Assembly (NCBI GenBank): GCA_043228905.1
Contig: JBHGNT010000015.1
Location: 9,238,001-9,302,000, forward strand
From: Azolla caroliniana
Taxonomy: Eukaryota > Plantae > Polypodiophyta
Direction: 5' to 3'
DNA: 64,000 bases
Below the pieces are notes generated by a model. That model was not told where the DNA came from. It was given only the letters and a program-made list of their open reading frames with translations, and searched no databases. The stretch's first letter is position 1, and each line of letters starts with the position of its first letter. A program made the position numbers and the translations under genes. Positions 46,840-60,383 of the stretch are shown one piece after another.

Positions 46840-49800
46840 TTACGCCGCCAGTTCTCCGGCTCTGTCCTGTTTAGCGGTGAATGGGTTAGGTGGCGTAGAG
46901 CCCAGGTAAGGTTTAAGGCGAAACCCATTCACCTTTTGCTGTACTACTTCCCCGGCCAGCGTACCTAATTGGAACATGCCTTGTTCCGCTCCAATTATCC
47001 AGTATGGGCCGGTCCAGCGGAATCGTAACTTCCCTGGCATATGGCCCATGCGGGTTTGGAAAACCAGCACCGCTCGACCGACAACGAACTCCTTTTCCCT
47101 TGCGTTCCGATGTCGATCCACAAATGCTTTATGCCGTTGCTGTTCCTGCTCCAACACAACCATGCTGTGTACGCGTTTTTCCCTGAGTTCGAGTAGCTGT
47201 TGGAGCCGTACCTCCTTCGACTTGGTTTTCGATAGTCGGTCCCGTACCTGAATCCGCAAACTGGGTACCTGAAATTCGACTGGCATCACAGCCTCCAGCC
47301 CAAACGCTAGTCGAAACGGTGTTGATTGTATGCTTGTCTTGTAGCTGGTTCTGTACGCCCATAACACACTCTGTAATTTGGTATCCCATTTCGTTCTATT
47401 TTCATTGACGATTTTCTTCAAGATGGTCTGCAACGTCTTGTTGGTGGATTCCGCTAACCCATTTGCCTGTGGATAATATGGCGTACTCTTTTTATGGACT
47501 ATGGCGTAATGATGTGTTAGTTCCCGAACCACCGTATTGAGAAAGTGACTCCCCCTGGTCACTGATGAGCTCAATCAGATAGTCGAACCGGCACCAGATG
47601 TGCTCGTAAAGGAATCTGGCTGTGATGGCCGCCGTATTTTCTCATAGTGCCTTTGCTTCTACCCACTTGGTGCAATAATCCATAGCTACCAATATGTATT
47701 TATTGCTCGTACGGGCTACTGCCGGTGTGAAGGGGCCCACAAAATCCAATCCCCACTTTTGGAAGGGGTCAGCGGTAATACGGGCTGGTGTGGCATCCTT
47801 GCGCCCTCCGTGGGCTGGCCCATCCGTTGACACAAATCACACTTTCTACAATACTCGGATGCGTCCTTCTGCGTTGTTGGCCACCATAAGCCCGCCTGCC
47901 ATATTTTTCGGGCTGTAACATCGCCTGCGTAATGGCCGCCTGCGGTGCCGTAGTGCGCCTCCCGTAAAACTACTTCTTTCTCATCTTGACGTACCCCATG
48001 TCGCCAAATGCCGTCACTTCCTTTGTGATATAAAACTCCTTCTACGAGGCAGAAGTTACGGCTTCGGACGGCTAGTCATTTTTTCTCGTCCGTGCGTAAT
48101 TGTGGTGGAGGCAGTCCCGTAGTAAAAAAGAATGTCATTTCCATAAGCCACCAGTCTGGAAAGGTTGATTCCGTTCTTTCTGCTAGTGCTGCTACCCGCA
48201 GGATGTCAGCGTCCGGAAAATCGTCGTCATCTTTCTGTACTGTTTCTCCATTCTCGAGTTTGCTTAAAAAATCTGCCATTGCATGTTGCATCCTTGGTCG
48301 GTGTTGGATTACGAAATCGAATTCTTGAAGTAGTAGCATCCATCACGCCGATTTCCCCGTCAGGGCTTGTTTCTCCACCAAATACATCAGCACCGAATGA
48401 TCCACATTGAACGTGAATTTCCTCCCTAGTAAATAATGCCGGAATTTATTGATGCTATAGATCATCCCTAGCGCCTCCCGCTCCATTGTGGAATAGTTAC
48501 GCTCTGTTGTGGATAGTTTGCGACTAGCGTAGTACACTGACCGGTACCAGTTTGGTTCGGTGAGCTGCATTAGTGCACTTCCTATTGCTATGTCTGAGGC
48601 GTCGACGAACACGTGGAATGGCTTCGCCCAAATTGGTGGTTGTATGACGGGGGCATGTGTGAGCATTATCTTAAGTGCCTCATAGGCCTTGTCCTCCGTT
48701 GCGGTCCATTGGAAGGGAGTCTGATGTATGACACCATGTAACGGCGTGGCGAAGTCCGCCAAATATCGTATCATTTGACTATGCCACCGTATTTGTCCTA
48801 AAAACCGGCTAAGTGATTTCGCGTTTATCGGAGTTTTGGCTTGCGTAATCGCGGAGATCTTGTTCGGATCGACTGCTATTCCCTCCTTGCTGACTAGATG
48901 GCCTAGGAGAGTCCCGCTTGTCACGCCGACAGCACATTTCACGGGATTCAGGCTTAAGCGTGCGGTGTGGCAATGTTCCAAGCACAGTTGCAGGTGCGTA
49001 AAATGGTCTATTGTTCTCCCATATACTGCAAAGTCGTCTAAAAAAACTTTCATGAACGCCGGAATGTATTCCCCAAAGATCTCCGTAATTGTCCGTTGAA
49101 ATGTTGCCGACGCCGTCTTTAGCCCGAAAATCATGACGACTGCCACATAGACTCCCCAGTCCGTGACAAATGCAGTCTTTTCTTGGTCCTCGGGATGCAT
49201 GCGTACCTAGTTATACCCACTGAAGCCATCTAAAAAACTGTACATCTCATGTCCTACGACGGCGTCCAGTACGCTATCGGTGAAGGGTAAAGGGAATGCG
49301 TCCGTAATGGTTATGACGTTTAATTTTCGGTAATCCACGCATACCCGTATTTTGCCGTTTTTTTTTGGAATGACCACTATTGGGCTTAACCATGTGGCTT
49401 GTTTAACTGGCCGTATGAACCCCGCCTTCAGGAGTTTGTCAATTTCTTCTTTTACGCGGGTCGCGTAGTTCGGGTTCATGCGGTAGCGGCGCTGCTAGAC
49501 GGGTTTTGCGTCGGTTGCTAAATTGATCTTATGCTGATGGAACTTGGGATCTAACCCCTTCATGTCCTCGTGAGCCCAAGCGAACACATCTTTATATTTC
49601 GTGAGTAGTGCGATCATCGTGTTTCTCTGGTCTGGCCTTAATTCCTTTGTGATGGAGAGGAAAATGGGGTTCCAACTCCGTACCCACATTTACTTCTTCC
49701 AAGGCGGAGGCGGTGACTCGTCGTGAAATTTCCATTTCCCTTTCAAATGTCACCCATGCTCTGCTGAGTTCCAATATGGACTCTGGGTTTGGTTCGTAAG

Positions 49801-51662
49801 CCTCGTCGTGGAGAATAGTGGCTGTGGCATATTCTGCTGCGGCTGCGATGACGTCGATTTCGAACAACGGAATGATCCGAGGGTGCTCATCTAGGTATGC
49901 CTCTAATTCTGCATCCTCCACCCCAGCCAACATATTTATATCTTCTGTGTATAATGGTGTTATAGCCTTGGGTTGTGGCATGCTTCCTTTCGTAGGTACG
50001 CGAACCTTAGTGCGTCTGTGTCGGAAACTGATACACTTGTGTTGCCAGCTCTGCTTGATATTCGCTGCCCAAAGCCATGGTCTACCCAGAAGCCATGGTC
50101 TTCTGTGTATAATGGTGTTATACCCTTGGGTTGTGGCGTGCTTCCTTTCGTAGGTATGCGAACCTTAGTGCGTCTGTGTCGGAAACTGATACACTTGTGT
50201 TGCCAGCTCTGCTTGATATTCGCTGCCCGAAGCCATGGTCTGCCCAGAAGCACTGGGTACGCCCCTGGGGCGTCCAAGCCGAGGACGGCGGCCGAGATGT
50301 CGAAGCGATGTCCACCCACGATAATGCCTATCTTGCGAATTAACCCCAATGGTCGTACTGAGCGAGTATCTGCCATTCGGAGCCAGAATGGGCAAGCCTC
50401 CCATTTTGAAATGCCTAACTGCTCGCAAGTTTTCGCGCTATATACATTGACGCTTGAGCCGCCATCGATTACACATCTAGGAATTTCCTGTCCGTGTAAT
50501 ATTAATGTAATAGCCGGGTTGTGGTGATCCACTACAGGCGGTCCGTCGCTAATGTCTGTAAGGTTTATAGCGACGCTCACCCGTCACCCGTTCTTCCATG
50601 GTCTCGCGGAAGCGTGGGACTAGCTGCAGCAGCTTCTCCATGGTTAATGTTATCTCGCAGCCCGCTAATGCCTGCCAAATGGGGTCCGGGATCGGTCCTT
50701 CATCCTCTGCTCGCTCCCTCGCATTCGCGGACTCCTTCCGCATGTGCTCTGTATTGGTCGCGTTTGCTTTTTCCACCCATGCCTGGGCTTGTCGTCATAT
50801 CTCATCTTGTGCAGCCCAATCAACCGTTTTGTTTGCTAGCGTGTCGTGACTTGCTGCACTTCTGCCGTAATCGTATTGACGGCGGGCCCCTTGTCCTTGC
50901 GTGCTGGGCATTGCGTGGCATAATGTCCAGGCTGCTGACAAATAAAACAATGGATGCTTGATTCACCCTTCTCGGCTCCTGGTGGTGTGTGCCGATCCCC
51001 TAGTGTGACTTGCTCCTCACGGTTCGGCCTTGTTTGTCAGAACGCATGCGGTTGTTGCTATTGGTCCCGTCGTGGTTCTTGGTGTCGCTCATCTCCCGAG
51101 CTTTTGTCGTAACGCCGGTGATCTCGATATTGCTGCGGCTTCCCACGATAACCAATGATGCTGCCACGTTTGTTTGTCAGCCAGTGATTCTCATAGCGCC
51201 GGCCATCTTTAGCATAACTCGAATGTCCACGATAATCCTCATCCTCTGGTTCGTCTTCCTCGGAATCATTGTGATTTCGGCGATTCCGGTGGTGTCGGGC
51301 GTCCTGTGGGTTGCGATCCATATACCGTGGTCGGTCTTCTTGCATCCTTTGTTCAGTATGGCAAGGGGGACGCTGTGTGTCCATGATGCGGACTGTGGGA
51401 GCGGCTCTGTTCAACATATTGTATTTGCATTGTTCGACTGTGTGAGCCTTCGAGTGGAAAATTGGGCAGTGGATTCGCATGTTGCACTCCACTACGGAAT
51501 GCCCCGAGTTCAAGCAAATCGTGCACTGGATTGCTTGACGAAACTGGCGTTCCTCATCCTAGGGTAACACTTGTTGTAAGGATGACATAGAAAACCTTTT
51601 CTCCTCATTGTCCAACTCGAGCTGTAACGCTCGTTCAATGACCATATCCGCCGTTTCCCCTT
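46840..51662 (-). pseudogene. Element C gag (C-terminal part)-pol, fragmented
   Basis: [39 protein letters not shown] in successive minus-strand ORFs with many stops. Confidence 0.93.
49941..50250. repeat. ~158-bp tandem duplication inside C pol
   Basis: TCTTCTGTGTATAATGGTGTTATA...CCCAGAAGC at 49941 and 50099. Confidence 0.9.
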
Positions 51663-51781
51663 TCCCCATATCCGTAGCCGGGGTCTTCATCATCCGGATC
51701 CGGAGCCGGGGTCTTCATTCCCGATTCCCGGACATCTGACCATCCCATCCGGAGGGACCGTAATCCCAACAAACTCCCCCT

Positions 51782-54700
51782 TCACTTCGGCATGGGATGT
51801 CTTTCCAGTCCGACCCTCTTCCGACACGCTTCCAGCTTGTCGGGTGTGAGCACTTTGGTCAGCATATCTGACCCGTTCTCGTCCGTGTGGATCTTCGTCA
51901 ACACGAACTCCTGGTCTTCTATCCTTTCCCGGATCCAGTGATATCTTCGCTGGATGTGCTTCGTCCGGGAGTGATAGGCCGCGTTCTTTGCAAGGTGGAT
52001 GGCACTCTGACTGTCGCAGTAGAGTCGGTACTCCTCCTGCCGGATACCGAGCTCTCTAATGAAGTCCTTCATCCATATTATTTCCTTGCCGGCTTCAACA
52101 GCCGCCATGTACTCCGCCTCCGTGGTTGACAACGCAACCGTCTTCTGCAGCCTCGACTGCCACGAAACAGCTCCCCCTGCATACGTCATCACATACCCTG
52201 ATGTGGACCGGTTGGTATCTGCATCAGCCGACATATCCGAATCGGTAAAGCCGTCGAGTTCGGGCTTACCAGAGCCGAATCGGAGGCACACGTTTGCCGT
52301 GCCCTTCAGGTATCGAAGTATCCACTTGGCCGCGTTCCAGTGCTCTTTGCCGGGATTGCTCATGTACCGGCTCACCACTCCGACTGCATATCCTATGTCC
52401 GGTCTTGTACACACCATTGCGTACATCAAGCTTCCGACGGCCGAGGCATATGGTACTTTCATCATGTCCTCCTTCTCAGCCTTTGTCTTGGGGCTTTGCT
52501 TGCTGGACAGCTTGCAGTTTGCCGGGAGGGTTGACCCGACCGGTCTTGCTTCTGACATGTTGAACTGGTGAAGCACCTTTGTCACGTACTTCTCCTGTGA
52601 CAACCACAACTGCTTCTTCTTCCGGTCCCGGATGATATGCATCCCTAGTATTTGCCTCGCCGGACCCAGGTCCTTCATTGAGAAGGTTCGGTGAAGCGCT
52701 TTCTTCAGCATCCGTATCTTGCCCTGGTCCCGTCCGACGATCAACATGTCGTCCACATACAGGAGGAGTATTAGAAAGTCTCCTCCTTCGAACTTCTTCA
52801 CAAACACGCAGTGATCGGACTGCGTTTTGTGGTACCCTTCGTTGGTCATGAAAGAGTCGAATTTCCGGTACCATTGCCGGGGAGCCTGCTTCAGTCCGTA
52901 AAGGCTCTTCTTCAACCGGCATACCAGGTGCTCCTTCCCTTTCTTCTCGAATCCTTCCGGTTGCTGCATGTAGATCTCTTCTTCGAGGTCACCGTGAAGG
53001 AATGCCGTCTTCACGTCCATCTGTTCTACCTCGAGGTCCATGCTTGCCGCTATGCTCAGCACCGTCCGGATGGAAGTCATTTTCACTACCGGGGCAAATA
53101 TCTCGTCGAAGTCGACGCCCTTCTTCTGCTGGAACCCCTTCACCACGATCCTGGCTTTGTATCTCAGGGGGTTTCCGGCATCTCCCGGTTTCAGCTTGAA
53201 CACCCACTTGTTTCGAAGTGCCTGCTTTCCTTTCGGCAACTCCACAAGTTCATATGTGTGGTTCTCATGCAGGGAATCCATCTCCTCCTGCATGGCACTT
53301 AACCACCTGCGGCTATGGGTGTCAAGTTTTGCTTCTTCAAAGCTCTCCGGCTCCCCCTCGTCGGTTAGCAGCACGTGCTCTGGTTCCGGAAATCTCCGGG
53401 GGGCCCTTCTCTCTCTTAGAGGATATCTCCGTTCCGGAGCTTCGGTAACCGGCTCCTCCGTTTCCTCTTCATCCAAATCCATTTCGGGATCGGGGCCGGT
53501 TCCGGTATCAGTTTCATCTTCCTCGGCCGGTTCTGTTTCTTCACCGTCTTCGGCCGGATCCTCGAGTGCTAACCGGTCCCTTGCCGGTCGGGACTGCTCT
53601 TCGTAGAGTTGATCCTCACCGGTCGACTTGGAGCTCTTCATCTTCTTCTCCGACTCCTAGTCGGCGAGTGTCTTGTCCTCCATGAAGATGATATCTCGAC
53701 TCCTGAATATCTTCTTGTCGACCGGGTCCCATACTCGGTAGCCGAACTCGTCGTCGCCGTAACCGAGGAATATGCATGGCCGGGTCTTTGGATCTAACTT
53801 TCCTCTCCGGTCCTTTGCCACATGCACGTATGCGAGACACCCGAACACCTTCAGATGCCGGTAGGACACTTCCTTACCGGTCCACACTTTCTGCGGCGTG
53901 TCTCCGTCCAAAGGTACTGAGGGTGATCTATTTATCACATACGTCGCCGTCGACATTGCCTCAGCCCAAAATCCCTTGGGTAATTTCGCATGTGCTAGCA
54001 TACTCCGGACCCTCTCCATTATGGTCCGGTTCATCCTCTCGGCCAGCCCGTTCAGTTCCGGCGTCTTCGGCACAGTAAACTCGAGCCAGATTCCCTTCGA
54101 GCGACAGTACTCTGCGAACTGCCCCCGGTATTCCCCTCCGTTATCCGCTCGTATCGCTTTCAGCTTCTTGCCGGATTCTCTTTCCACTCTCGCGTGGAGT
54201 TCTTTGAAGACGGACAATACGTGGTCCTTTGTCTTCAACGGTGCCGTCCACAGCTTCCGGCTATGGTCATCTATGAATGTTACGAAGTACTGGGCTCCGC
54301 CATGTGACTTCGTTTCTACCTGACACACATCAGTGTGTACCAACTCCAATGGTACACTACGTCTCGTCGGTGGCCTTGAGTGGAAGGAGGTTCGGTTCTG
54401 TTTACCGGCCAGGCAATCGGTGCACTTCTCCAGGTGCACATGCTTCACTGGAATAAGGTTGTCATCGGCAAGCCTCTTCATCCCCTTCTCACTCATGTGG
54501 CACAGTCTCTTGTGCCACAGCTCACCGGCAGTGTCGGCTGCCACGTTCAGCTCCTCCGGACATAGCCGGGAATTCATCAGGTAAAGTGTATTGACCTTCT
54601 GGGCCCGAGCCACTATCAGGCTCCCTTTGCTGAACTTTATGACACCGTTCCGGATGCTACCCGTGTAGCCTTCATCATCTAGCCTCCCGGCCGAGATCAG

Positions 54701-55864
54701 GTTCAATCGGACCTCCGGAACGTGTCGAACATCCTTCAGCAGCATCTTGCATCCGGTTGAAGTTGTCAACCACACGTCTCCTATGTCGGCAATCCGGCAT
54801 GTACCTTCATTTCCCATCCGAACACAACCATGCTCACCGGCTGTGTAGGATGAGAAGTATCTTCTTTCCGGGGTCAGGTGGAACGACGCTCCGGAATCGA
54901 CCACCCAGGTAGTCTCATCGCCGGCAATGTTTAGTTCACCTTCTTCGGTGATGAGCATGATCTCCTCTTCACTTGCCGCGAGTGCCGTCGTTCCTTTCCG
55001 GTCCTGCCCTCGCCGATCCGAACCATTCCGGTCCGTGGCTCCCCGGTAAGCACCGTTCCGTTCCGAAGACTTCTTCGAATTAGTGTCGTCGGCTCCGTTG
55101 TCTTTTCGGTAATGCCGACAATTCTTCCGGAAGTGCCCCGGCTTCCCACAGTGGAAGCATGTGGGTCTTCCTCTTGACTGCGACCGGGTCCCCGACTTCT
55201 CCCGTCTTTGCGGACTCCGGTTCCGTTGTCTTCCCCGATCCGATTCGGTAAGCAGCATCTTCGGATCGGAGGCTGGTTCTTTATCTCTCCGACGCGCTTC
55301 TTCGTTCAAAATGCTTGTCTTTACCGTTTGTAGAGACAAGTTATCTTCGGTGCAGGAGGTGCTGAGAGTCACCACCAAGTTCTCCCAGCTTTCCGGCAAT
55401 GTACACATCAGGATGATGGCTTGCATTGCATCCTCCAACGGGAACTTGATCGCCGCAAGCTGGTTCACGAGTCCCATGAACGTGCTTACGTGTTCCACCA
55501 TACTCTCGCCGTCCTGGTACTTGAGGTTCACTATCTTCCTCATCAGGGAGGTCCGGTTCAACGCATTCTTCCTCTCGTAGAGGCCCGACAGCTTCCGCCA
55601 CATCTCATATGCGTTGGTGTCGTTCGCCACATGTTGTAGAACGCTCACGTCGACGTATTGCCGAATGGTTGCAACGGCTTTCCGGTTCAGAAGCCTCCAT
55701 TCCGTCTCAAGTACCCCCTTGGGTATTTCCGACCTGTCGATCGGTTCATACAGGTCCCGAACAATGAGCAGATCCTCCATCTTTATCTTCCAGTCGGCGT
55801 AGTTCTGCGCATTCAGCACCATCATCCCCGGCTGCCTGCTGCTGCCGCCTTCCATTGTCTGCAC
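51782..55864 (-). pseudogene. Element E Copia polyprotein with a single TAG at 53657-53659
   Basis: CFHCGKPGHFRKNC, VDSGAS, WHKRLCH, RADNGGEY, YVDD, RTKHIQRRYH; the two ORFs are in frame. Confidence 0.95.
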
Positions 55865-55886
55865 TGCAGTCGCTCTGATACCAGAT

Positions 55887-56503
55887 TGTTAGAAAATCGA
55901 CGGTTTCAAACCTTCACCTCTCGGCCGCAACCGAGGAAACACGAGTCAGTGCAGCAGTAAATCCAAAACACAGAGAGAGACTCGAATGCACAGGGTTTAG
56001 CGTGGAAAACCCTAAACGGGAAAAAAAAAACCACGGGAGTGCAAGACTCCAACTATCACTATACGCAGGGAATGTACAATGGCGAGCTGCAAGGCGACGA
56101 CCTTGAGCTCGCTGTCCTCGCCACAGGCGGCGGTATTACACAGAGGCGTCGACCTCTTCCTTTCTCTCTCTCTCTCTCTCGGCTGCTCTCACTTCGCTCC
56201 CTCTAAGTGGAAAACAGAAAATGAGCAACAACAAAAACTGTTTGCCCTAAGTCATATTTATACACATATGACTTTCGGGCTATTTACAAATATAGCCTCA
56301 AGGGCCCTTGGCAAACATATTCACAAATATGTCCCCGCATCCGGATCTCTCTCCGGGTACATTCATCATCCGGCTCCGTAGCCGGGGTCTTCATCATCCG
56401 GCTCCGTAGCCGGGGTCTTCATCATCCGGATCCGGAGCCGGGGTCTTCATTCCCGATTCCCGGACATCTGACCATCCCATCCGGAGGGACCGTAATCCCA
56501 ACA
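55887..56503 (-). repeat. Element E 5' LTR with 28-bp CCGG-rich subrepeats
   Basis: Minus strand TGTTGGGATTACGG...TCTAACA followed by the Met PBS. Confidence 0.93.
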
Positions 56504-57200
56504 TCACGCTATTATTGTTGAGCGTTGCCCGGATGGGTCGGCGTAATGCTGCCAAAAATGTCTCTCGAGCCTCGTCCTCCGCGGGGCTTCGTTATAGTTT
56601 CCGCCATAAATTTTGGAAACGTAAGCTGAAGTCTGCGATCGTCTCGGTCGGCAGGTGCTTAATCGTGTAGAATTGTCCGAGGATTTCGCGTTGTGGAACC
56701 CTCCGATGGAAGAACCGCAAGAAGGCGGACTGCAATTGATCGAAGGTTGTGATTGTTGGTAAATCCATCTGTGAATGCCAAAACACCGCTCGCCCATCCA
56801 ATGTTAACCCGAACTCCGTCATTTTTTACTGGTGCGCTACCGCCTCCGAAATGCTCTGCGCCATGTGGTTCGTATTCCAAACATTAAGGAACATGCGAAT
56901 ATGGGTTGCGGCGTCGGTTTCGCCGTTAAAGCGAGGATAGGCAAAGGCCATGCTGGGGGCTACGGTGGGTCGGGAAAGACCACAGGGTGGCTGTGGTGAG
57001 CGTGCTCCCCGTGTATCGTCGAGGTATTTAGAGAGCGAAGAATTACCTTTGTAATCACGGCAGGTAGTACTGAGGTCGCTGAGGTGAGGCTTTTGCCGTG
57101 CACGTTTCTCTGCCTGGCGTGTGATGGACCTTGTGATTGGCCGGTCTTGTCGTGTTGGTTCTCTGGGGCGTTTGCGGCTAAACATCCATTCGTCGTTGTT
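56504..57200 (-). pseudogene. Element C gag, N-terminal part
   Basis: MAFAYPRFNGETDAATHIRMFLNVW..., EFGLTLDGRAVFWH... similar to D gag. Confidence 0.85.
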
Positions 57201-57221
57201 CGTCTGTGAGAAGACACAGAT

Positions 57222-57235
57222 CACCAAGCGTGCCA
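57222..57235 (-). promoter_or_regulatory. Element C PBS (tRNA-Arg UCU type, imperfect)
   Basis: TGGCACGCTTGGTG 4 nt inside the 5' LTR. Confidence 0.7.
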
Positions 57236-57239
57236 AAAG

Positions 57240-57644
57240 TGTTACCGATTATTAAAACGGTCTGCGGTCAGTCCTTCGACCTAGACCTCCAAGTGATTGT
57301 GAAACAACGAATGGGGCACGTCTATGCGTAATGCGTAGGGGAATGTTCCCCGTAACCTATCAGCGTATAAGGGAGACGACTACAACCGATTCCTTAGCAA
57401 TGGTTACACTCACGTTCTTACACGCTCAGGTATTCCAGACACACAGTAGATTAGCCGTAGCTATACACAGACTTTCAAAGAAGATAGAATTCTATTACGA
57501 TACGCTTCTTTACGTTCCAAAATACACGCCCCCTCTATCAGAGGTTTTCTACCCTTCCTGCGTGAACCGTTACATGCGTTATGATATTATATTATTTCTT
57601 ATTCCTACGCTCTTGTCCGTCGATTACTATTCCGGCGGACAAAA
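57240..57644 (-). repeat. Element C 5' LTR (internal deletion of about 32-34 bp)
   Basis: Similar to 33356-33792. Confidence 0.93.
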
Positions 57645-59959
57645 TGAATCAAGGCCGAGGGGGCATGAGAAGGCTAATGGAGGATGTCAAAGCACGGCAT
57701 GTTGAAGCCGTCCAGTACTTGGCGTCGGCTGGGATCCGAGTGGGGAAAGAGGTGAGGAGGAAAGAGGAGAAAGAGTTTGACTTTTGGCCGTCAATCCTTG
57801 GAAGTCTCTCTAAGGGGAAGTTCAAAAGAGAAGCGGAAAGAAGGGTCCAAGAAGCAACCGGGTGGAAGGATCCGGTGGAAGAAAAGACAGGCTTAGTGGA
57901 AGCCGCTTGCCAAAACTACGAAGTAATGGTAGAAGAGAAGAAGGTAGGAAATGACGAGGGAGCCGGTCTATCAAGGAAATACGACGCTCGAGGTGTACGA
58001 AGAAGGGAAGAGCCGAACCAGTCTCAAGCACGCGATGAAAGATGGAAAGAGAAGGGGAACCCCCCCAACTTCAAGCTTTGCTTGGAGATCGAACAAGCAA
58101 CGGACTTGAAGAAGGTAGTGGAGGAGAGGATCCTCGATAGTTGCGTAGAGTTTACTCTGCGAGAGGTCCTCGGAATTGCCAAGAAAGAATTCCATGAGGT
58201 CATCATCGACCTAATGAAGAGGAAGCGCCTCTCGACGGAGCAAGATGTGGCAAAGCCCGCGATTGTAAATGCGTTGTCAACTGAGGTTCCCGAGGAAGAC
58301 GAAGACTATGCGGACAATCACTACACGAGGCCGCATTGGGCGAGAGCGACAATGGAGACACTGGTACGGGTCGGAGATGTAAAAGAGCCGGTTGTAGCAT
58401 TGATCGACCGTGGCTCTGAGATCAACCTTATGTCCATGGACTTTTATAAAAAGGGAAAGTGGCCAACCAACATGAAGCATGGGTGGAAGATTAGAGGGCG
58501 ACCCGAGCAACCGAGGAGCTATACGGGGCTTGCCCGAATGTACGTGTGAAGGTGGGTGACGTAGAAATAGATCAACATTTCTTTGTTCAAGAGACGTCCT
58601 CGCACCTGGTCATCTTGGGTGAACCATACATCACGGTGGCTTGCATGGAGACGAAGGTGCTAGACAATGGGTCGGCATATGCGAGGGTCAAGAGCCAAGA
58701 TGGGAAGCATTTCGTTCAATTCCTTACGGTGAGGCCCAACCATGAGCGCAATCGAGCCTCCCTCAAAGAGGAGAGCCGAGGGGATTTTTTATTCGGGCTA
58801 TTAAAGAGTGGGGCCGAAATAGCCCAAGGCAAACTAAGACCCTAAACCCTTGTAAAACTATTAAATGTAATAGGAAACAATTTTGGTTCTCCGAAAATGG
58901 AGCTTGTAAAATTACTAGTTTAAGTGATAGAGATAAGTTTAGGGCCAAGAGATACGAAAGGTATCTCAAACAATGTAATTTATTGGGGGAAGATGACACC
59001 ATAAGCAGCGCCTAACGATAGTTGGGATCGGATAAAGGGGGTAGCGGCTGATCCTAGCTTGCGGGACCCACGAGGCATAGGGCACCAGTTCACCGACGAG
59101 ACGCGACAGAAGCTCCAGATTGGTGGGGGTGGATTCCTATTCCCTAGGGAGGAGGAAAGATTTAGAAGGATGATCGAAAGCCACGAAAGGGCTTTCGCCT
59201 TCTCATCGGGTGAGATAGGGGGTGTGTAAACCCTAAGATCCTGGAGTCAATGGTGATCTTTACGATGCCGCATGTACCGTGGAACATCAAGCCAATCCCG
59301 GTTCCGAGAGCTCACATCCCGAAGTTGATTGAGCTACTCAAGGAAAAGATCGAGATGGGCATCCTTGAGCCATCAAGCTCCCCATACTCGAATCAGTGGT
59401 TCACTGTGCCAAAGAAGAACGGCACCTTACGCTTCATCCAGGACCTACAACCTGTTAATCAAGTGACAATTCGAAATGCTGGGGTCGGACCGAGCGTTGA
59501 CGAATTCGCCGAGGCCTTCCCTAGAAGGTCTATTTATTCGATCGGTGATCTATACTCGGGGTATGATCAATTCCAACTAGATGTGGAGAGTAGGGACATC
59601 ACGACGATGCGGACCCCTATCGGCCTAGTGCGAATGTGTACCTTGCCACAAGGAGGCACTAACTCTGTAGCCCACATGGTAAATGCAATGAACAAGATAT
59701 TGAGAGATTACATCCTCGACATCACCATGCTGTTCCTCGATGACATCCCCATAAAAGGGCGCTCTGAAGTGGAGAAAGATGAAACCTTGGATGAGGTTGA
59801 GTGCAGACATTTTGTGGCATATCACATCTCCGATTGGGAGAAGGTTCTACAAAGACTCGAAGATGCACGCTTGACCTTCTTGGGTGAGAAATTGGCATTC
59901 GGCCAACCGGAGATCCTTGTGGTGGGACACTTGTGCGGGGCATACGGATGGAAGCCATC
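57645..59959 (+). pseudogene. Element B gag C-terminal part, protease and RT fragments
   Basis: DLKKVVEERILD...FTLREVLGIAKKEF, ALIDRGSEINLM, DLYSGYDQ, LPQGGTNSVA, FLDDIPIKG. Confidence 0.88.
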
Positions 59960-60383
59960 TGTTAAAGATTGCTTGCGGAAGCGTTAGAAAGAACAATACA
60001 CAAAGAGAGAGAGAGAGTACGCGGGAGAGATAGAGAGAGAGAGAGCAGGACACACTATTCTTCAAAATTATATGAATACTCTGTGCTCTGTGTCTACAAC
60101 GCGCTCATCAGCACTATTTATACAAGTCCACACGGGACTGTTAGAAGTACGATGTACTTCAATGCTCACACGAGCATCTGACACTAACTACGAGACTATA
60201 ACTGCCTAGTAGTCTAACCTATACTAGGTTTCTGGTTACGGATTGGATCCGGCATACCGGCTCCCCAGCTCACCGGTCCTTACTGCTTACCGGCTCGATT
60301 GCTCACCGGCATACCGATTCATCTCGCTTACCGGCTCAGGCTTATTCAGCCGATCCAGCTCTGGTTGAGCTTACCACTCAACA
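59960..60383 (-). repeat. Element F 3' LTR
   Basis: TGTTAAAG...CTCAACA followed by CTCCCCCTCA (PPT complement). Confidence 0.88.

Larger units (their letters stand above)
51671..56503 (-). mobile_element. Element E: Tork/Tnt1-like Copia, young, 3' LTR truncated
   Basis: 5' LTR 55887-56503, PBS TGGTATCAGAGC (55872-55883), PPT AAGTGAAGGGGGAG (~51774-51787), 101-bp 3' LTR remnant 51671-51771. Confidence 0.95.
33356..57644 (-). mobile_element. Element C: non-chromovirus (Athila/Tat-like) Gypsy, degenerate, containing D and E
   Basis: LTRs 33356-33792 and 57240-57644, TSD TGAAT (33351-33355 / 57645-57649), gag-pol fragments on minus strand. Confidence 0.95.
30344..59959 (+). mobile_element. Element B: Ty3/Gypsy retrotransposon, host of C (with D, E) and F; 3' part lies outside the window
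   Basis: 5' LTR ~30344-32314, Trp PBS, gag 32360-33355 continuing at 57645, protease, RT up to 59959. Confidence 0.85.

Noticed and set aside
53657-53659. Programmed readthrough in Copia E
   Set aside because: The TAG lies after the integrase core, not at a gag/pol boundary; most likely a TGG-to-TAG mutation
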